Part shown: positions 49,413-63,195 of the stretch, in pieces | How the letters are laid out: every line of letters begins with the position of its first letter | How positions within the stretch are numbered: the first letter of the stretch is position 1 | DNA from: Eledone cirrhosa | Taxonomy: Eukaryota | Direction: 5' to 3' | DNA: 64,000 nucleotides | NCBI GenBank assembly: GCA_964016885.1 | Contig: OZ024743.1 | Location: 331,824,001 to 331,888,000 of the forward strand | Translations under genes and position numbers: made by a program | Notes under the pieces: generated by a model | Database searches by the model: none | Told to the model about the DNA's origin: nothing | Seen by the model: the letters and a program-made list of their open reading frames with translations, nothing else

Positions 49413-49539
49413 TGTATCACATTTCAAAATTACATTCTTAAAAGGTAGATATGGCAGTGGAAGATACTAGTTCGGACATTACTTTCTCCCCATTTCCCCA
49501 TATCTACCTTTTAAGAATGTAACTTTGAAATGTAATACA
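49413..49539. repeat. Inverted repeat: 42-bp arms (40/42 match), 43-bp loop
   Basis: tgtatcacatttcaaaattacattcttaaaaggtagatatgg (49413-49454) versus ccatatctaccttttaagaatgtaactttgaaatgtaataca (49498-49539). Confidence 0.93.
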
Positions 49540-51104
49540 CCACCAGAGAACTCAAACCTGCATCATCTCCTTGAGCAGTTTAATTGTTTGAATCAACTTT
49601 TACCACATCAGTCCAATCTTTCCTATTTTTTGTCTTCGAGAGACTCCATAAACTTTGAGAAAAACTTTCCATCATAATTTTATAGAACCTTTCTTAAGTT
49701 ATGTTCCAAACACCAACTTAATAATGAGAGAGTTAGTTATAATACTAAATCCATTCAAATTCTTCATTATTTAACTCTTTAGTTATCAACCTGGCCAAAA
49801 CCAACTCTGGTTCTATGAAATAAAGTCATCCATTTTAAAGGTTTTCAATTTAAATTAAAATCTTGCAACATAATTTTATATAAGAACCTTACATTAAGTT
49901 ACTATCTTAGTAATGAAATAATTTTAGTAAATTTCTTAAAGTTCTTCATTAATTAAAACAGAGTGCATTTCATTAGAAATGCTGTCATGAAAGAGTTAAA
50001 AAATTATTTGAAAAACATAGGTAATGTATTTCATTAGAAATATAGTAATAAAAAAACAAATATTAGAAATATAGTAAAAAAAACTTCCATCATAATTTCA
50101 TGTAAAAATCATTATGTTCCAAACACCAACTTAATAATGAGAGAGTTATATTACTAAATCCTTTCAAATTTTTCTTTATTTAAAATATTATTTGAAAAAC
50201 TTAGGTAGTGCATTTCATTAGAAATAATAATTGTTTCTACTTTAGGCACAAGGCCAGCAATTACCCAGTGCATTACTGGTACTTTATTTTATCGACCTCG
50301 TAATGATGAAAGGCAAAGTCAACCTCGGCGGGATTTGAACTCAGATCGTAAAGGGACGTAACTATGCTGGAAAGTATGGCGTCCGACCCTCTACCGATAC
50401 TGCCAATCCACAAAAGAGTTAAAGTGTATATATATTTAACTAAAAACCCTCCATCATAATTTTACATAAGAACCTTTATGTTCCAAACATCAACTTAATA
50501 GTGAGAAGTTGAATCACTAAATATTTCTAAATTCTTAATTATTTTTCATTTTTTTTTTAATTCATTAGAAATATGGTAATGAAATCATGAAGTATAATCT
50601 CCTACCATATACTTAAGATCATCATCATCCAATGATGATAGTCCAATTTCCTTGCTCTTGCTATCAAGGGTTGAATGGGTTGTTACAGACCAAATCAGTA
50701 TTAAACCAGAACCACTAATCTCTCAGTCAAGCTGGAGGCCCAGATCTCGCTTACATACAATCCTGCATTCTATAAAATGCAATGAGAGGATTTTATCATG
50801 GGACCAGCACAAGGGAGGTTGTCATATATCTATATATTTGTTTGGCAAAGTTGTTAGAGCATTGGATTAAATGCTTCAGTATTTGTTCTAGTTCTCTGTA
50901 TTCTGTGTTGAAATCCTGCCACAGTCAACTTTGCTTTATATCCTTTATGGAGTGCAGAAATAAAGTGCTAGTCCAGGGATGGTGGATAGGTGGAATTGTT
51001 AAAAATATAAAAGGGTCAACTTCGTCACATACTGGGTCACACTGAATCTCCCTGAGAACTAACTGCATTAAGGATAGACATGTCTGTAGAATGCTCAGCC
51101 ACAT

Positions 51105-51450
51105 CATGATCATCACCATTTAATATCCATTTTCCACGCTAGCATGGGTTAGACAAGCTGCCCCGTTGTGAGACAAGCCAGGTCGGATAATTGTGTCTTG
51201 CTCATACAGAACTGTTTCTGGGTTGGTTTCTACAGCCGGATTCCCTTCCTAACGTCAACCACATTTACAGTATGGACTGGGTGCTTTTTTGTCGTGACAC
51301 CTACATGGCCACTTTACAATGTGGACTGGGAGCTTTTCATCATGACACCTACATGACTACTTTATAGTGTGAACTGGGAGTTTCTCATCATGACACCTAC
51401 ATGACTACTTTAGAGTGTGGACTGGGAGCTTTTTGTCATGACACTTACAC
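51105..51450 (-). mobile_element. RTE 3'UTR fragment with expanded internal 45-bp repeat
   Basis: ttccacgctagcatgggttagac, ggattcccttcctaac, then about 4 units of ttacagtgtggactgggagcttttgtcatgacacctaca. Confidence 0.82.
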
Positions 51451-51969
51451 TGTAATTTAATGAGCAGGATATTGATCAATCAACTGAAACAGTCATCACT
51501 GAAACCAACAGATGTCCATTACATATAGAATTTAAAAGTAAAAATCCTAAAATACCAGGAACTATCAAATAGCTATTTTTTCAGCCTGTGGTGTTTGAGA
51601 AATTTGGTGGAGCTGGGCCACTGACAGGTTCTTGTCATAGTTGGCGGCTCACCTTACCGAGGTGTCAGGTGATGCCTGTGAGGGGGCCTGGTTGTTTCAG
51701 TGCCATAGCCTCGACATCATTTGTGGTAATGCTGCGAGCATTGGCTTGCCTCAACATTTTCCATTGACCCTTGAGGTGTATGGCGAATTGTCGCATTTGG
51801 TGGTAAATTGATGGTTGTTTTTGTTTGTCTCTTTTTTTGTGGGGTGGGGGGTTCTTTCATTTTCTTTCTTTCTCGCTGTGATCATTGTGTATTATATTTG
51901 TAAGGTTCATAGCGATAATTAATTGTATATATTATATGTATTTTTTTCTTTAAAATAAAAAGTAAAATA

Positions 51970-54597
51970 GGGACGGTCGTAAACACAAAAGCCTACCCTA
52001 GTGAGGAATGTACCTCCCAACATAGCTTAGCTGTCAGCGACCTCACGGTCAGAACTAGACAAACCTGGAAACAGAAGCCAACCTGGAGAAGAAAGATCTG
52101 GAAGCTGAAAGACCCCTCAGTCAGTAACAGATTTAAAGATGTTTTACTCAACGCCTACGACAGTAAAGAAGAACAGATATAGACATTCAATGTAGAAGAG
52201 CATTTGGAGTTCCTAAAAAAAAAACTTACTAGAGGCGACGGATGAGATCTGTGGCTGGAGTAAGACCACAAGCAGGAGGAAAGTGACTTGGTAGTGGAAC
52301 AATAAGGTAGATGAGGCAGTTAAGGGTACATTACATAGAGACCAAGAGGGAAGCTAGGCGACAAGTATACTTAGCTAGGAGGGAAGCAGAGGATAGAAAA
52401 TTCAAGCATGTTTTGCAACGTGAGGACCAGAAACAGGAGGTGTTCAAGATTGTGAAGCAGTGTGTCAGAGAGAATTGTGATGTCATTGGAGAGAAGTGTA
52501 TCCGGAATGATAAAGGTGAGCTTGCCCTCACAAGTGCTGAGAAGAAAGATGCATGGAAGAGCCATTATGATAGATTACTAAATGAGGAGAATGCATGGGA
52601 AGAAGAGACCCTACCCCAAGTAAACCCTATAGAGGGGCCAGCAGTACAAGTCAGCAGCAGCGTAGTAAGTAAGGCAATCAAAGATATGAAGATGGGAAAG
52701 GCAACCGGTCCATCGGGTATAGCTGCCGAGATGCTGAAGGCATCTGGGTCTGTAGATCACACTATAACCACAAGTATTGTTAACCAGGTAATAATACTAG
52801 GTGACATACCAAAAGATTGGTGCAGTAGCATCATTGTCAACTGCTACAAAGGTAAAAGTGATGCACTAGATAGAGGAAACTATAGAGGTATAAAGCTGAT
52901 GGACCAGGTCATGAAAGTAATAGAAAGAGTTATAGCGCAGTTGATTAGGGACCTGGTGAAACTAGATGAGATGCAATTTGGGTTTGTACCAGGAAGAGGC
53001 ACCACTGATGCCCTCTTCCTTGTGAGGCAGTTACAGGAAAAGTACCTAGCTAAAAGTAAGCCACTCTACCTGGCATTCGTCGATCTCAAGAAAGCCTTTG
53101 ACAGAGTTCCATATACTGTAATCTGGTGGGCTCTTAGAAAACTAGGAGTAGATGAATGGCTTGTGAAAGCTGTACAAGCCATGTATAGGGGAGCAGTCAG
53201 CAAAGTTAAGATTAGCAATGAGTAAAGCAAGGAATTTAGCATACAGGTTGGTGTCCACCAGGGCTCTGTTCTTAGCCCTCTCCTGTTCATCATAGTTCTG
53301 CAGGCAATAACAGAGGAGTTTAAGACCGGATGCCCATGGGAACTCCTGTATGCTGATGACCTCGCACTTATAGCTGAATCTATGGTAGAACTAGAGAAGA
53401 AATTCCAAACTTGGAAGCAGAGACTAGAAAGAAAGGGTCTCAAAGACTAAGGTCCTTGTAAGTAGACGAGAAAACAGAACCCAGATCCCCTTAGGGAAAT
53501 GGCCTTGCTCAGTATGTAGGAAAGGTGTAGGTCGGAACTCCATTCTCTGCCCCAAATGCAAACAATGGGTACACAAGAGATGTAGCGAGATCTCAGGAAG
53601 CTTAATTAAGAATGTAGGCTTCACATGTAGCAGCTGTGCTGGGACAACAAGCAGCAAACAGCCACAGGAAACAAGTACCACCAATCTCTGGGAGGGCTCT
53701 GTAGAAACAGTAGACAGCTTCTGCTACCTAGGTGACCGAATTAGCAGCGGAGGTGGGTGTTCACAAAGTACAATAACTAGGGTAAGAACGGGATGGAAGA
53801 AGTTCAGGGAACTACTGCCACTGCTAGCTGCAAAAGGCTTCTCCCTCAAAATGAAAGGCAGACTGTATGATGCTTGTATCCGAACAGCAATGTTACATGG
53901 TAGTGAGACCTGGGTGCTGAAGGTGGAAGACTTACGTAGATTAGAGAGAAATGAAGCCTGCATGCTCCAATGGATGTGTAATAGTAATATATGCGAACGA
54001 CAAAGCATAAATGAATTGAGAGAGACTGAGCATAAGAGGAATCAAAAGCTGTGTGCAGGAAAGGTGGTTGCGTTGGTATGGACATGTGATGCGTATGAAG
54101 GATGACAGCTGCATAAAAAGGTGCAGAGCACTAGAAGTCAATGGAAATCGTGGAGTGGGGAGACCCAAGAAGACCTGGGATGAGGTGATAGGAGCCGACC
54201 TTACCCAATTACACCCCTCAAAGGCAATGACACACGACCGTGACTTCTGGCGTCATGCAATAATACAGAGTACCCAACCTCCCATGGGTACAAGCTGAAG
54301 CATGTAGACAATATGCTCCCACACCCTCCCACTGCAAGGTGGTCATGGAGGTGCCACGGTAAAAAAGCACCCAGCCAACACTGTAAAGTGGACGTGTAGG
54401 CGCCACGGAAAAAGCACCCAGCACTCACTGTAAATGAGGTTGGTGTTAGGAAGGGCATCCAGCTGTAGAAATCAAGCCAAAATCAGTTCCTGCATAAGCA
54501 AGGCATGGTCAGCCGACCAGATACTGCCCACAACAGGACAACCCATCTAACCCATGGTAGCATGGAAAAACGGACGTAAAACGGTGATGATGATGAT
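51970..54597 (+). mobile_element. RTE subfamily A, long 5'-truncated copy (end of APE through tail), with stops and deletions
   Basis: ORF 52311-53225 (NYRGIKL, QFGFVPGRGTTDA, FVDLKKAFDRV), then QGS, YADD, PHD, 3'UTR and (GAT)n. Confidence 0.96.
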
Positions 54598-54777
54598 AAT
54601 TTGAAATTCCAGAGTATTATTCAAAATATTCTTCTGACAAATATGGTTTCATAAAGTTCACCACCCCCACCACACTCTCTGCTCCACCCCACAAGAAACT
54701 ATCAAAGTAGCTGTTATCTAGCAAAAAAAAAATGTTGAAATCATCACAAAAAAATAGTTTGAAATAAATCAATAGCT

Positions 54778-55230
54778 ATAACCTACCATACTCTGAACGT
54801 CTTGTTTCTCTGGGCATGGATTCATTGAAGCTCCGACGTCTGACAATGAACTTGGTAAACACCCACAAAGTTATTAACCATCTCGCCAACAACAACCCTG
54901 AGCACCTTTTTTTATCTCCATGTGTCTAACACACATGGACATGCCTACAAAGTCAGAAAACAGCACAGCTCCCATGACTTTCGGAAACATTTTTTCATGC
55001 TTAGAGATGCTGCAGCATGGAACAAACTGCCTGCATCAGTTGTTAGCTGCCGAGACACTGCATCCTTTAAAATCCTCATGCTTCCCGAAATTCACAACTA
55101 CACCTGATGTTCCTCCTTCCATACACTGTTCATTTTCCTGACGTTTGTACATTACCCTATGTACAATACATACACTTTTGATGAGTTGTAGTGCACCTGA
55201 GCACTGTACACAATATTTTCATTATTATTT
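54778..55230 (+). mobile_element. CR1-clade LINE 3' end
   Basis: LPYSERLVSLGMDSLKLRRL, NTHGHAYKV..FRKHFF.LR..AWNKLPASVV..FK, and an (ATT)n tail. Confidence 0.88.
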
Positions 55231-57519
55231 TTTTCATTATTATTTTAAAAGTATTTCTTTTACACAAACTCAAGGCCAAGTTTTATAGGTTAGAAGGATA
55301 ACTTTTGTTAAATTAACCTCAATGTATTATTGATATTTTAACTGTTTTATGAAGTTTTACAACAATATAAGGCAACCTTTTAAAATACATTAATGGCAGA
55401 CAGTTTTAATAAAAGCTTTAAAAAATAACATTTTTCAAATGAAACAAAATATAAAATATATATAAATCACTGTTGAGAATAAACAACAGCTTCATATTTG
55501 ACCTGCTACACAATATCACACTTAACAGAGAGTTATATAAATCAGACTAAGTTTATCACATACACACTATATATATACACACACATGTGTGTGCATGCGT
55601 GTGTGTATGTATATATGTATGTGTGTGTATATACACACAAATACATAAAAAACACTAATCTATCATACCTATACACACACATTGTATCGCACACATACAC
55701 AACAATCACATACACAAACACAAACATACACAAACACACACACACAATATGACTGCTAGCTCATTTCTCACTGTCATCAATAAACACTAAACTATACAGT
55801 GTTCTAACATTGATGGAAGAAAAATAGCTAAAATTCAGTGAATATTTCAACAATGGAAACTTAACAGACAGCTTCCATCTTGCCTGGTTATGATCCTTGA
55901 TCAAAAAGATTATCAGTTTAACCTTGCTTCGATATCTTTATAAATCATTATTTAGTGACTGTCCACACACAAATCTATGCCATGAGAAGAAATACTGTTC
56001 TCTGATTGGTTAAAATATCTACATCTTGACCAATAACTAACAAAATGTCTTTTATAATACAGACAGTCATGTATTATTCATGGAGATGTCCGCAGAAAGG
56101 CAGGAATTTTTTATAAAAATCTAACCAAAGGAAATATATCTTTCTACTTGTTTCACTCTTCTAGAAGGTAGTCTAATTGGAGTCATTTCTGAGTGTATGT
56201 GTATGACCACATGTGTATACCTGTGTGTGTGTGATGTGATCATGTGTGTGCATATGCATGTGTGCATGTCTAAGTTTATCTGTGATATGTATTGTCATGG
56301 CTGTAGTTTTTACTAAAGCAGCAAGGAATACATATTTCAGTATTAAACGAAGGCATGACATACATTTATCATTAATCTCTCACTCTCTCCCCCTCTCTCT
56401 ATCTTATATATATACATAATCCTCACTATTACATCGATAACAAAAGACATAACAAAAATAACAAAAATAGAAAAGATGAAAGGCAGATGAACTAAAGGAA
56501 ATGACATTAACCCTTTTATTCCAATTCTTCCAAAATCTAGTGTTAGTTCTATGAAACAAAACCACACAATTTAAAAGGTCCCTAATTGAATTAAAACCTT
56601 CCAGCATAATTTTATATGAAAACCAATTTTTAGAAATAAAACCATAGTAATGAAATAATTATTAATCCCTCAAATGTCTTTATTTAAATGGAGTTTATTT
56701 CATTAGAAATACAGTCACATGAAAGTTAAAGGTGCATATCTTAACCAGACATTTATAGACAGGAACATCATCATCATCATCATTTTATGTCCACTTTCCA
56801 CACTGGCATTGTTTGGATGGGTTGTCAAGATAAAAAATTAGACAAGTTTGCTTATTACATTCCTTATTTGGCATGGTTTTTCTACAACCAGATGCCTTTC
56901 ATAATACCAACCTTTGTGCAGTGTGTACTGTGCGCATTTTATCATGGCACCAACAATGACACTTTACAGAATGTACTGGGTGCATTTTATTGTGACACTA
57001 ACAGTAACACCTTACAGAATGTAGTGAATACATTTCATTGTGCCACCAGCACTAGAGGGATTGTCATATACTTGGCCCAACTGCAGCGTCCTCTTTACCC
57101 TATATTGTCTCCATTCTCATATTTTTTACATCTATTTCTCCATGCTAGTTTGCTTTGAATGATATCTATTTTTTAAGGCCATGAAATTAGTAATTAAAAA
57201 AAAAAACAGGTTAGGTTCAACCGGTGGTAGTCTGTGTCAGCAAAAAGTATACAGCGAAGTTTATGAGCTTCAAAAGGTTTTTTATATAGTGGAGGAAAAG
57301 AGGAATCTGACATTTTGGGGCTGTCTCTTCTTTAAATGATTCCAGTATAAAAGGGTATCGAACTTGCAACCTTACAATTCTGAGCCTAGAACCCTAAGCT
57401 TCACACCACCACTCTTCATATATAAACATTGTAAATACACTGAGTGAGCAATTTCATTGACACTACACAGGAAGTAGAGAGGTATGGTCACAGCTTGCAA
57501 TTATTCTGTATTGAACAAG

Positions 57520-57965
57520 TTAACCCTTTCAATACAATATTTCGTTAACCCTTTCATAACCATATTTCTAATGAAAGACACTGCCTATGTCCTTAACCCT
57601 TTTCATTGCCCTATTTCTAATGTAAGACACTGTCTATGTCATTAACCCTTTCATTACAATATTTCTAATGAAAGACACTGTCTATGTCATTAAACATTTC
57701 ATTACCCTATTTCTAATGTAAGACACTATGTCATTAACCCTTTCATTACAATATTTCTAATGAAAGACACTGTCTATGTCATTAACCCTTTCATTACAAT
57801 ATTTCTAATGAAACACACTGTCTATCTCATTAACCCTTTCATTGCCATATTTCTAATAAAAGACACTGTCAATGTCATTAACCCTTTCATTGCCATATTT
57901 CTAATAAAAGACACTGTCAATGTCATTAACCCTTTCATTGCCATATTTCTAATGAAAGATACTAT
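57520..57965. repeat. 48-bp minisatellite (about 9 units) made from the MITE right terminus
   Basis: Unit ttaaccctttcattacaatatttctaatgaaagacactgtctatgtca is the reverse complement of the MITE end gcagtgtgtttcattagaaatatggtaacaaaa..gttaa. Confidence 0.9.
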
Positions 57966-58114
57966 CTATTTAAGTCATTGTAAAGACTTCTTTTAAATAT
58001 TACTGACATCATAAAGTCAAATTCACTCGTCATAATTAGAATATGTCTTAAATATCATTGACATCATAGTCACATCCACTGTGTAATTACTGCATTGGGG
58101 GAGAGCTAAGATTT

Positions 58115-58630
58115 TAGTAGGTGAAGAGGTGTGAGGAGAGGTGAGAAGTCAGTTCTCTGTGGAGGAGAGGTGGGAAGTAAGATTTTTGTGGGAGGGGAGG
58201 TGGTTGGTAAGTTCTCAGTGAGAGGAGATGTATGGTGTCTGTGGGAGGTGAGGTGGAAAGTAAGTTCTCAATGAGAGGAGGAGAGGTAAGGTTTCTATAT
58301 GAAGAGTAGTGGGAAGTATGGTTTCTGTGTGAGGAGAGGTGGGAGGTATGGTTTCTGTGTGAAGAGAGGTGGGAGGTATGGTTTCTGTGTGAGGAGAGGT
58401 GGGAGGTATGGTTTCTGTGTGAGGAGAGGTGGGAGGTATGGTTTCTGTGTGAGGAGAGGTGGAAGGTATGGTTTCTGTGTGTGGAGAGATGAGAGGTACG
58501 GTTTCTGTGTGAGGAGAGGTGAGAGGTATGGTTTAATGTGAGGAGAAGTGGGAGGTATGGTTTCTATGTGAGGAGAGGTGAGAGGTATGGTTTGTCTGTG
58601 AGGAGAAGAGGGACATGTGGTTTCTGTGCT
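58115..58630. repeat. 30-bp purine/G-rich minisatellite
   Basis: Unit gtttctgtgtgaggagaggtgggaggtatg, homogeneous in the centre and degenerate at the edges. Confidence 0.92.
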
Positions 58631-59389
58631 AGACAATGCTACATATTTGTTGCCAACGTCAACAAATAAGTCATGAAGAATTACAATTAATATTGCTACC
58701 AAATATTATAGTTGCTATGATTGCCAATATTACAGCTAATTAGAGTGAGATTAACAATTATTAATTAATTAATGCTGGATATGGTAATTGAAAACTGCAT
58801 TTTGTGTAGAATATTGGGTGAAGTTCACCTAAAATAATAATTACAAAAATAAAAAAGAATTAATTACAATTTTATTTTTTCAATGTTTTTTTCTCTTTAG
58901 TAAACTGTGGTGCTGGAGTCCCACCCTGGTTTAATCAGAATTTGTTTTTTCAAGTTTGGTACATATTTTATTGATCATATTTTTGTCCAATTGCTACGTT
59001 TTATGACAAACTGACTCCACAGAAACACACACATACCATAATTATCATCACCCCTACCATACATTTATATATACATGCATATACACGTAAATAGATATAC
59101 ACGTCTAAACCCATGCTAGCGTGGAAAATAGATGTAATACATATATATCATACATATACATACATATCTATATACACCTATATATACATACATATATATA
59201 TACACATACATATACATACATGTCTATATATACGTATATATATACTTACATATCTATATATACATATATATACATACATACATATCTATACATGTCTATA
59301 TATACGTATATATACTTACATATCTATATATACATATATATACATACATACATATCTGTATATACATATACATACATATCTATATATAC

Positions 59390-59421
<32 letters not shown>

Positions 59422-59514
59422 CTGTATATACATATATATACATTCATATATATATACTTACATATCTATATATATATATACATACATATCTATATATATA
59501 CATATATATACTAA

Positions 59515-59840
59515 TGGAGGCACATAGAGCATTGGCCTTGCAATCGAAAGGTTGTGAGTTCAATTCTCAGACCGGGTGATGTGTTGTTTCCTTGAGCAAG
59601 ACACTTTATTTAACATTGCTCCAGTTTACTCAGCTGTAGAAATGAGATGATGGGACTGAGGTCCCTATCATTCCACTGCAAAGTGGTTGTGGAGGTGCCA
59701 CGGCAAAAAAGCACCCAGCACTCACTGTAAATGAGGTTGGTGTTAGGAAGGGCATCCAGCTGTAGAAATCAAGAAACAGTTCCCGTCCCACTCTTGCAAG
59801 CAGGGAAAAATCGGATCTAAAATGAAATGATGATGATGAT
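59515..59840 (+). mobile_element. CORE-type SINE with RTE-A 3'UTR segment and RTE-B terminus
   Basis: Same structure as 1554-1833, embedded in TA-rich microsatellite. Confidence 0.88.
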
Positions 59841-60096
59841 ATACATACATATCTCTATATATATATATATACATACATATCTATATATACATATATATAC
59901 ATACATATCTGTATATACATATATACATATATATACATACATATATACAAATATATACATACATATATACATATATATACATACATATATACATATATAT
60001 ACATACATATATGCATATATATACATATCTATATATACATATATATACATATCTATATATACATATATATACATATCTATATATACAGATATATAT

Positions 60097-62381
60097 ATAG
60101 AGACAAAGAGGGAAGCTAGGCAACAAGTATACTGAACTAGGAGGGAAGCAGAGGATAGAAAATTCAAGCATGTTTTGCAACGTGAGGACCAGAAACAGGA
60201 GGTGTTCAAGATTGCGAGGCAGTGTGTCAGAGAGAATTGTGATGTCATTGGAGAGAAGTGTATCCGGAATGATAAAGGTGAGCTTGCCCTCACAAGTCCT
60301 GAAAAGAAAGATGCATGGAAGAGCCATTATGATAGATTACTAAATGAGGAGAATGCATGGGAAGAAGAGACCCTACCCCAAGTAGACCCTATAGAGGGGC
60401 CAGCAGTACAAGTCAGCAGCAGCGTAGTAAGTAAGGCAATCAAAGATATGAAGATGGGGAAGGCAACCGGTCCATCGGGTATAGCTGCCGAGATGCTGAA
60501 GGCATCTGGGTCTGTAGATCACACTATAACCACACGTATTGTTAACCAGGTAATACTAGAAGGTGCCATACCAAAAGATTGGTGCGGTAGCATCATTGTC
60601 AACTGCTACAAAGGTAAAGGTGATGCACTAGATAGAGGAAACTATAGAGGTATAAAGCTGATGGACCAGGTCATGAAAGTAACAGAAAGAGTTATAGCAC
60701 AGTTGATTAGGGACCGGGTGAAACTAGATGAGATGCAATTTGGGTTTGTACCAGGAAGAGGCACAACTGATGCCCTCTTCCTTGTGAGGCAGTTACAGGA
60801 AAAGTACCTAGCTAAAAGTAAGCCACTCTACCTGGCATTCGTCGATCTCGAGAAAGCCTTTGACAGAGTTCCATGTGCTATAATCTGGTGGGCTCTTAGA
60901 AAACTAGGAGTAGATGAATGGCTTGTGAAAGCTGTACAAGCCATGTATAGGGGAGCAGTCAGCAAAGTTAGGATTAGCAATGAGTAAAGCGAGGAATTTA
61001 GCGTACAGGTTGGTGTCCACCAGGGCTCTGTTCTTAGCCCTCTCCTGTTCATCATAGTCCTGCAGGCAATAACGGAGGAGTTGAAGACCGGATGCCCATG
61101 GGAACTCCTGTATGCAGATGACCTCGCACTTATAGCTGAATCTATGGTAGAACTAGAGAAGAAATTCCAAACTTGGAAGCAAGGACTAGAAAGGAAGGGT
61201 CTCAAAGTCAACATGACACAGACTAAGGTCCTTGTAAGTAGACGAGAAAACAGAACCCAGATCCCCTTAGGGAAATGGCCTTGCTCAGTATGTAGGAAAG
61301 GTGTAGGTAGGAACTCCATTCTCTGCCCCAAATGCAAACAATGGGTACACAAGAGATGTAGCGAGATCTCAGGAAGCTTAATTAAGAATGTAGGCTTCAC
61401 ATGTAGCAGCTGTGCTTGGACAGCAAGCAGCAAACAGCCACATGAAACACATACCACCAATCTCTGGGAGGGCTCTGTAGAAACAGTAGACAGCTTCTGC
61501 TACCTAGGTGACCGAATTAGCAGCGGAGGTGGGTGTTCACAAAGTACAATAACTAGCGTAAGAACGGGATGGAAGAAGTTCAGGGAACTACTGCCACTGC
61601 TAGCTGCAAAAGGCTTCTCCCTCAAAATGAAAGGCAGACTGTATGATGCTTGTATCCGAACAGCAATGTTACATGGTAGTGAGACCTGGGCGCTGAAGGT
61701 GGAAGACTTACGTAGATTAGAAAGAAACGAAGCCTGCATGCTCCGATGGATGTGTAATAGTAATATACGCGAATGGCAAAGCATAAATGAATTGAGAGAG
61801 AGACAGAGCATCAGAGGAATCAAATGCTATGTGCAGGAGAGGTGGATGCGTTGGTATGGACATGTGATGCATATGAAGGATGACAGCTGCATAAAAAGGT
61901 GCAAAGCACTAGAAGTCAATGGAAGACGCGGAGTGGGGAGGCACTAGAAGACCTGGGATGAGGTGATAGGAGCCGACCTTACCCAGTTACACCTCTCAAA
62001 GGCGATGACACACGACCGTGACCTCTGGCGTCAAGCAGTAATACAGAGTACCTGACCTCCCATGGGTACAAGCTGAAGCATATAAACAATATGCCCCCAC
62101 ACCCTCCCACTGCAAAGTGGTCGTGGGGGGTGCCACGGCAAAAAAAGCACCCAGCCCACACTGTAACATGGACGTGTAGGCGACACGGAAAAAAGCACCC
62201 AGCACTCACTGTAAATGAGGTTGGTGTTAGGAAGGGCATCCAGCTGTAGAAACCAAGCCACAATCAGTTCCTGTATAAGCAAGGCATGGGCAGCCGACCA
62301 GACACTGCCCACAACAGGACAACCCATCTAACCCATGCTAGTATGGAAGAACGGACGTAAAACGGTGATGATGATGATGAT
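60097..62381 (+). mobile_element. RTE subfamily A, 5'-truncated copy with nearly intact RT
   Basis: ORFs 60175-60987 and 61081-61947 are in one frame, separated by TAA. YADD, PHD, 3'UTR and (GAT)n are present. Confidence 0.96.
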
Positions 62382-62418
62382 ACATATCTATAAATACATT
62401 TTTTTTTTTTTTTTTTTT

Positions 62419-63137
62419 TAACGTTTAACGTCCGTGTTCCACGCTTGCATGGGTTTGGACGGGGGTATTCCCACTTGAGGCAAGAGTGATTGTCTTGCTC
62501 GCATAGGACTGTCTGGCAGGTTTTCTACAGTTGGATGCCCTTCTTAACACCAACCACATTTACAGTGTGGGTCTGGGAGGTTTTTACCGTGTTGCCTACA
62601 CGGCCACATTACAGCGTGGACTGTGTGTTTTTTTTGTCGTGACACCTACACGATCAAACTTTGTTTCGGCCTGGATGGCGCGGCACCAACATAACTTTAC
62701 ATAGAACGGGGTGGTGTGGATGGGGTGGGGGTGGTGGTGGTGGGACGGGGTGTATTTTGTTAGAGATGCCTACTGGCTGGAGTAGGTTTTACTATATATT
62801 TAGGTAAGGCGGGTCTTCTCTGTTACTGAGTACCGCCAAAGGTCTCGGTCCAGTGACATTGTCTTGGAGAGGTGTAAGTGTGTGAGGTCGGAGTTTATCA
62901 GCTCGTCCCAGGTTTTTCTAGGTCTGCCTATTCCGTGGCTACCGTCTATCTTTATTGCCCTGCACTTTGTTATACAGCTATCGACTTTCATGCGCATCAC
63001 GTGTCCATACCAACGTAGCCTTCTCTTGAGTAAACAACATCTGATCCCTCTTATCTCTAATTTTTTCCTTAGTTCGTTTATGCTTTGCCATTCACGTATA
63101 TTACTGTTACACATCCAGCGGAGCATGCAAGCTTCGA
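62419..63137 (-). mobile_element. RTE subfamily C 3' fragment
   Basis: ORF 62800-63141(-) RRLRWYGHV..GRPRKTWDELINSDL. The 3'UTR matches 28620-29010. Confidence 0.92.
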
Positions 63138-63195
63138 ACATATATATACATATCTATAAATACATATATATACATATATATAAATACATATCTAT

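Noticed and set aside
51560-51965. Possible L1/Tx1-type 3'UTR with AATAAA
   Set aside because: The composition is suggestive, but there is no recognisable coding motif, so I cannot support a call.
57760-58702. Repeat peptides INPFITIFLMKDTVYV and QKPYLPPLLT
   Set aside because: They come from 48-bp and 30-bp minisatellites with unit lengths divisible by three.
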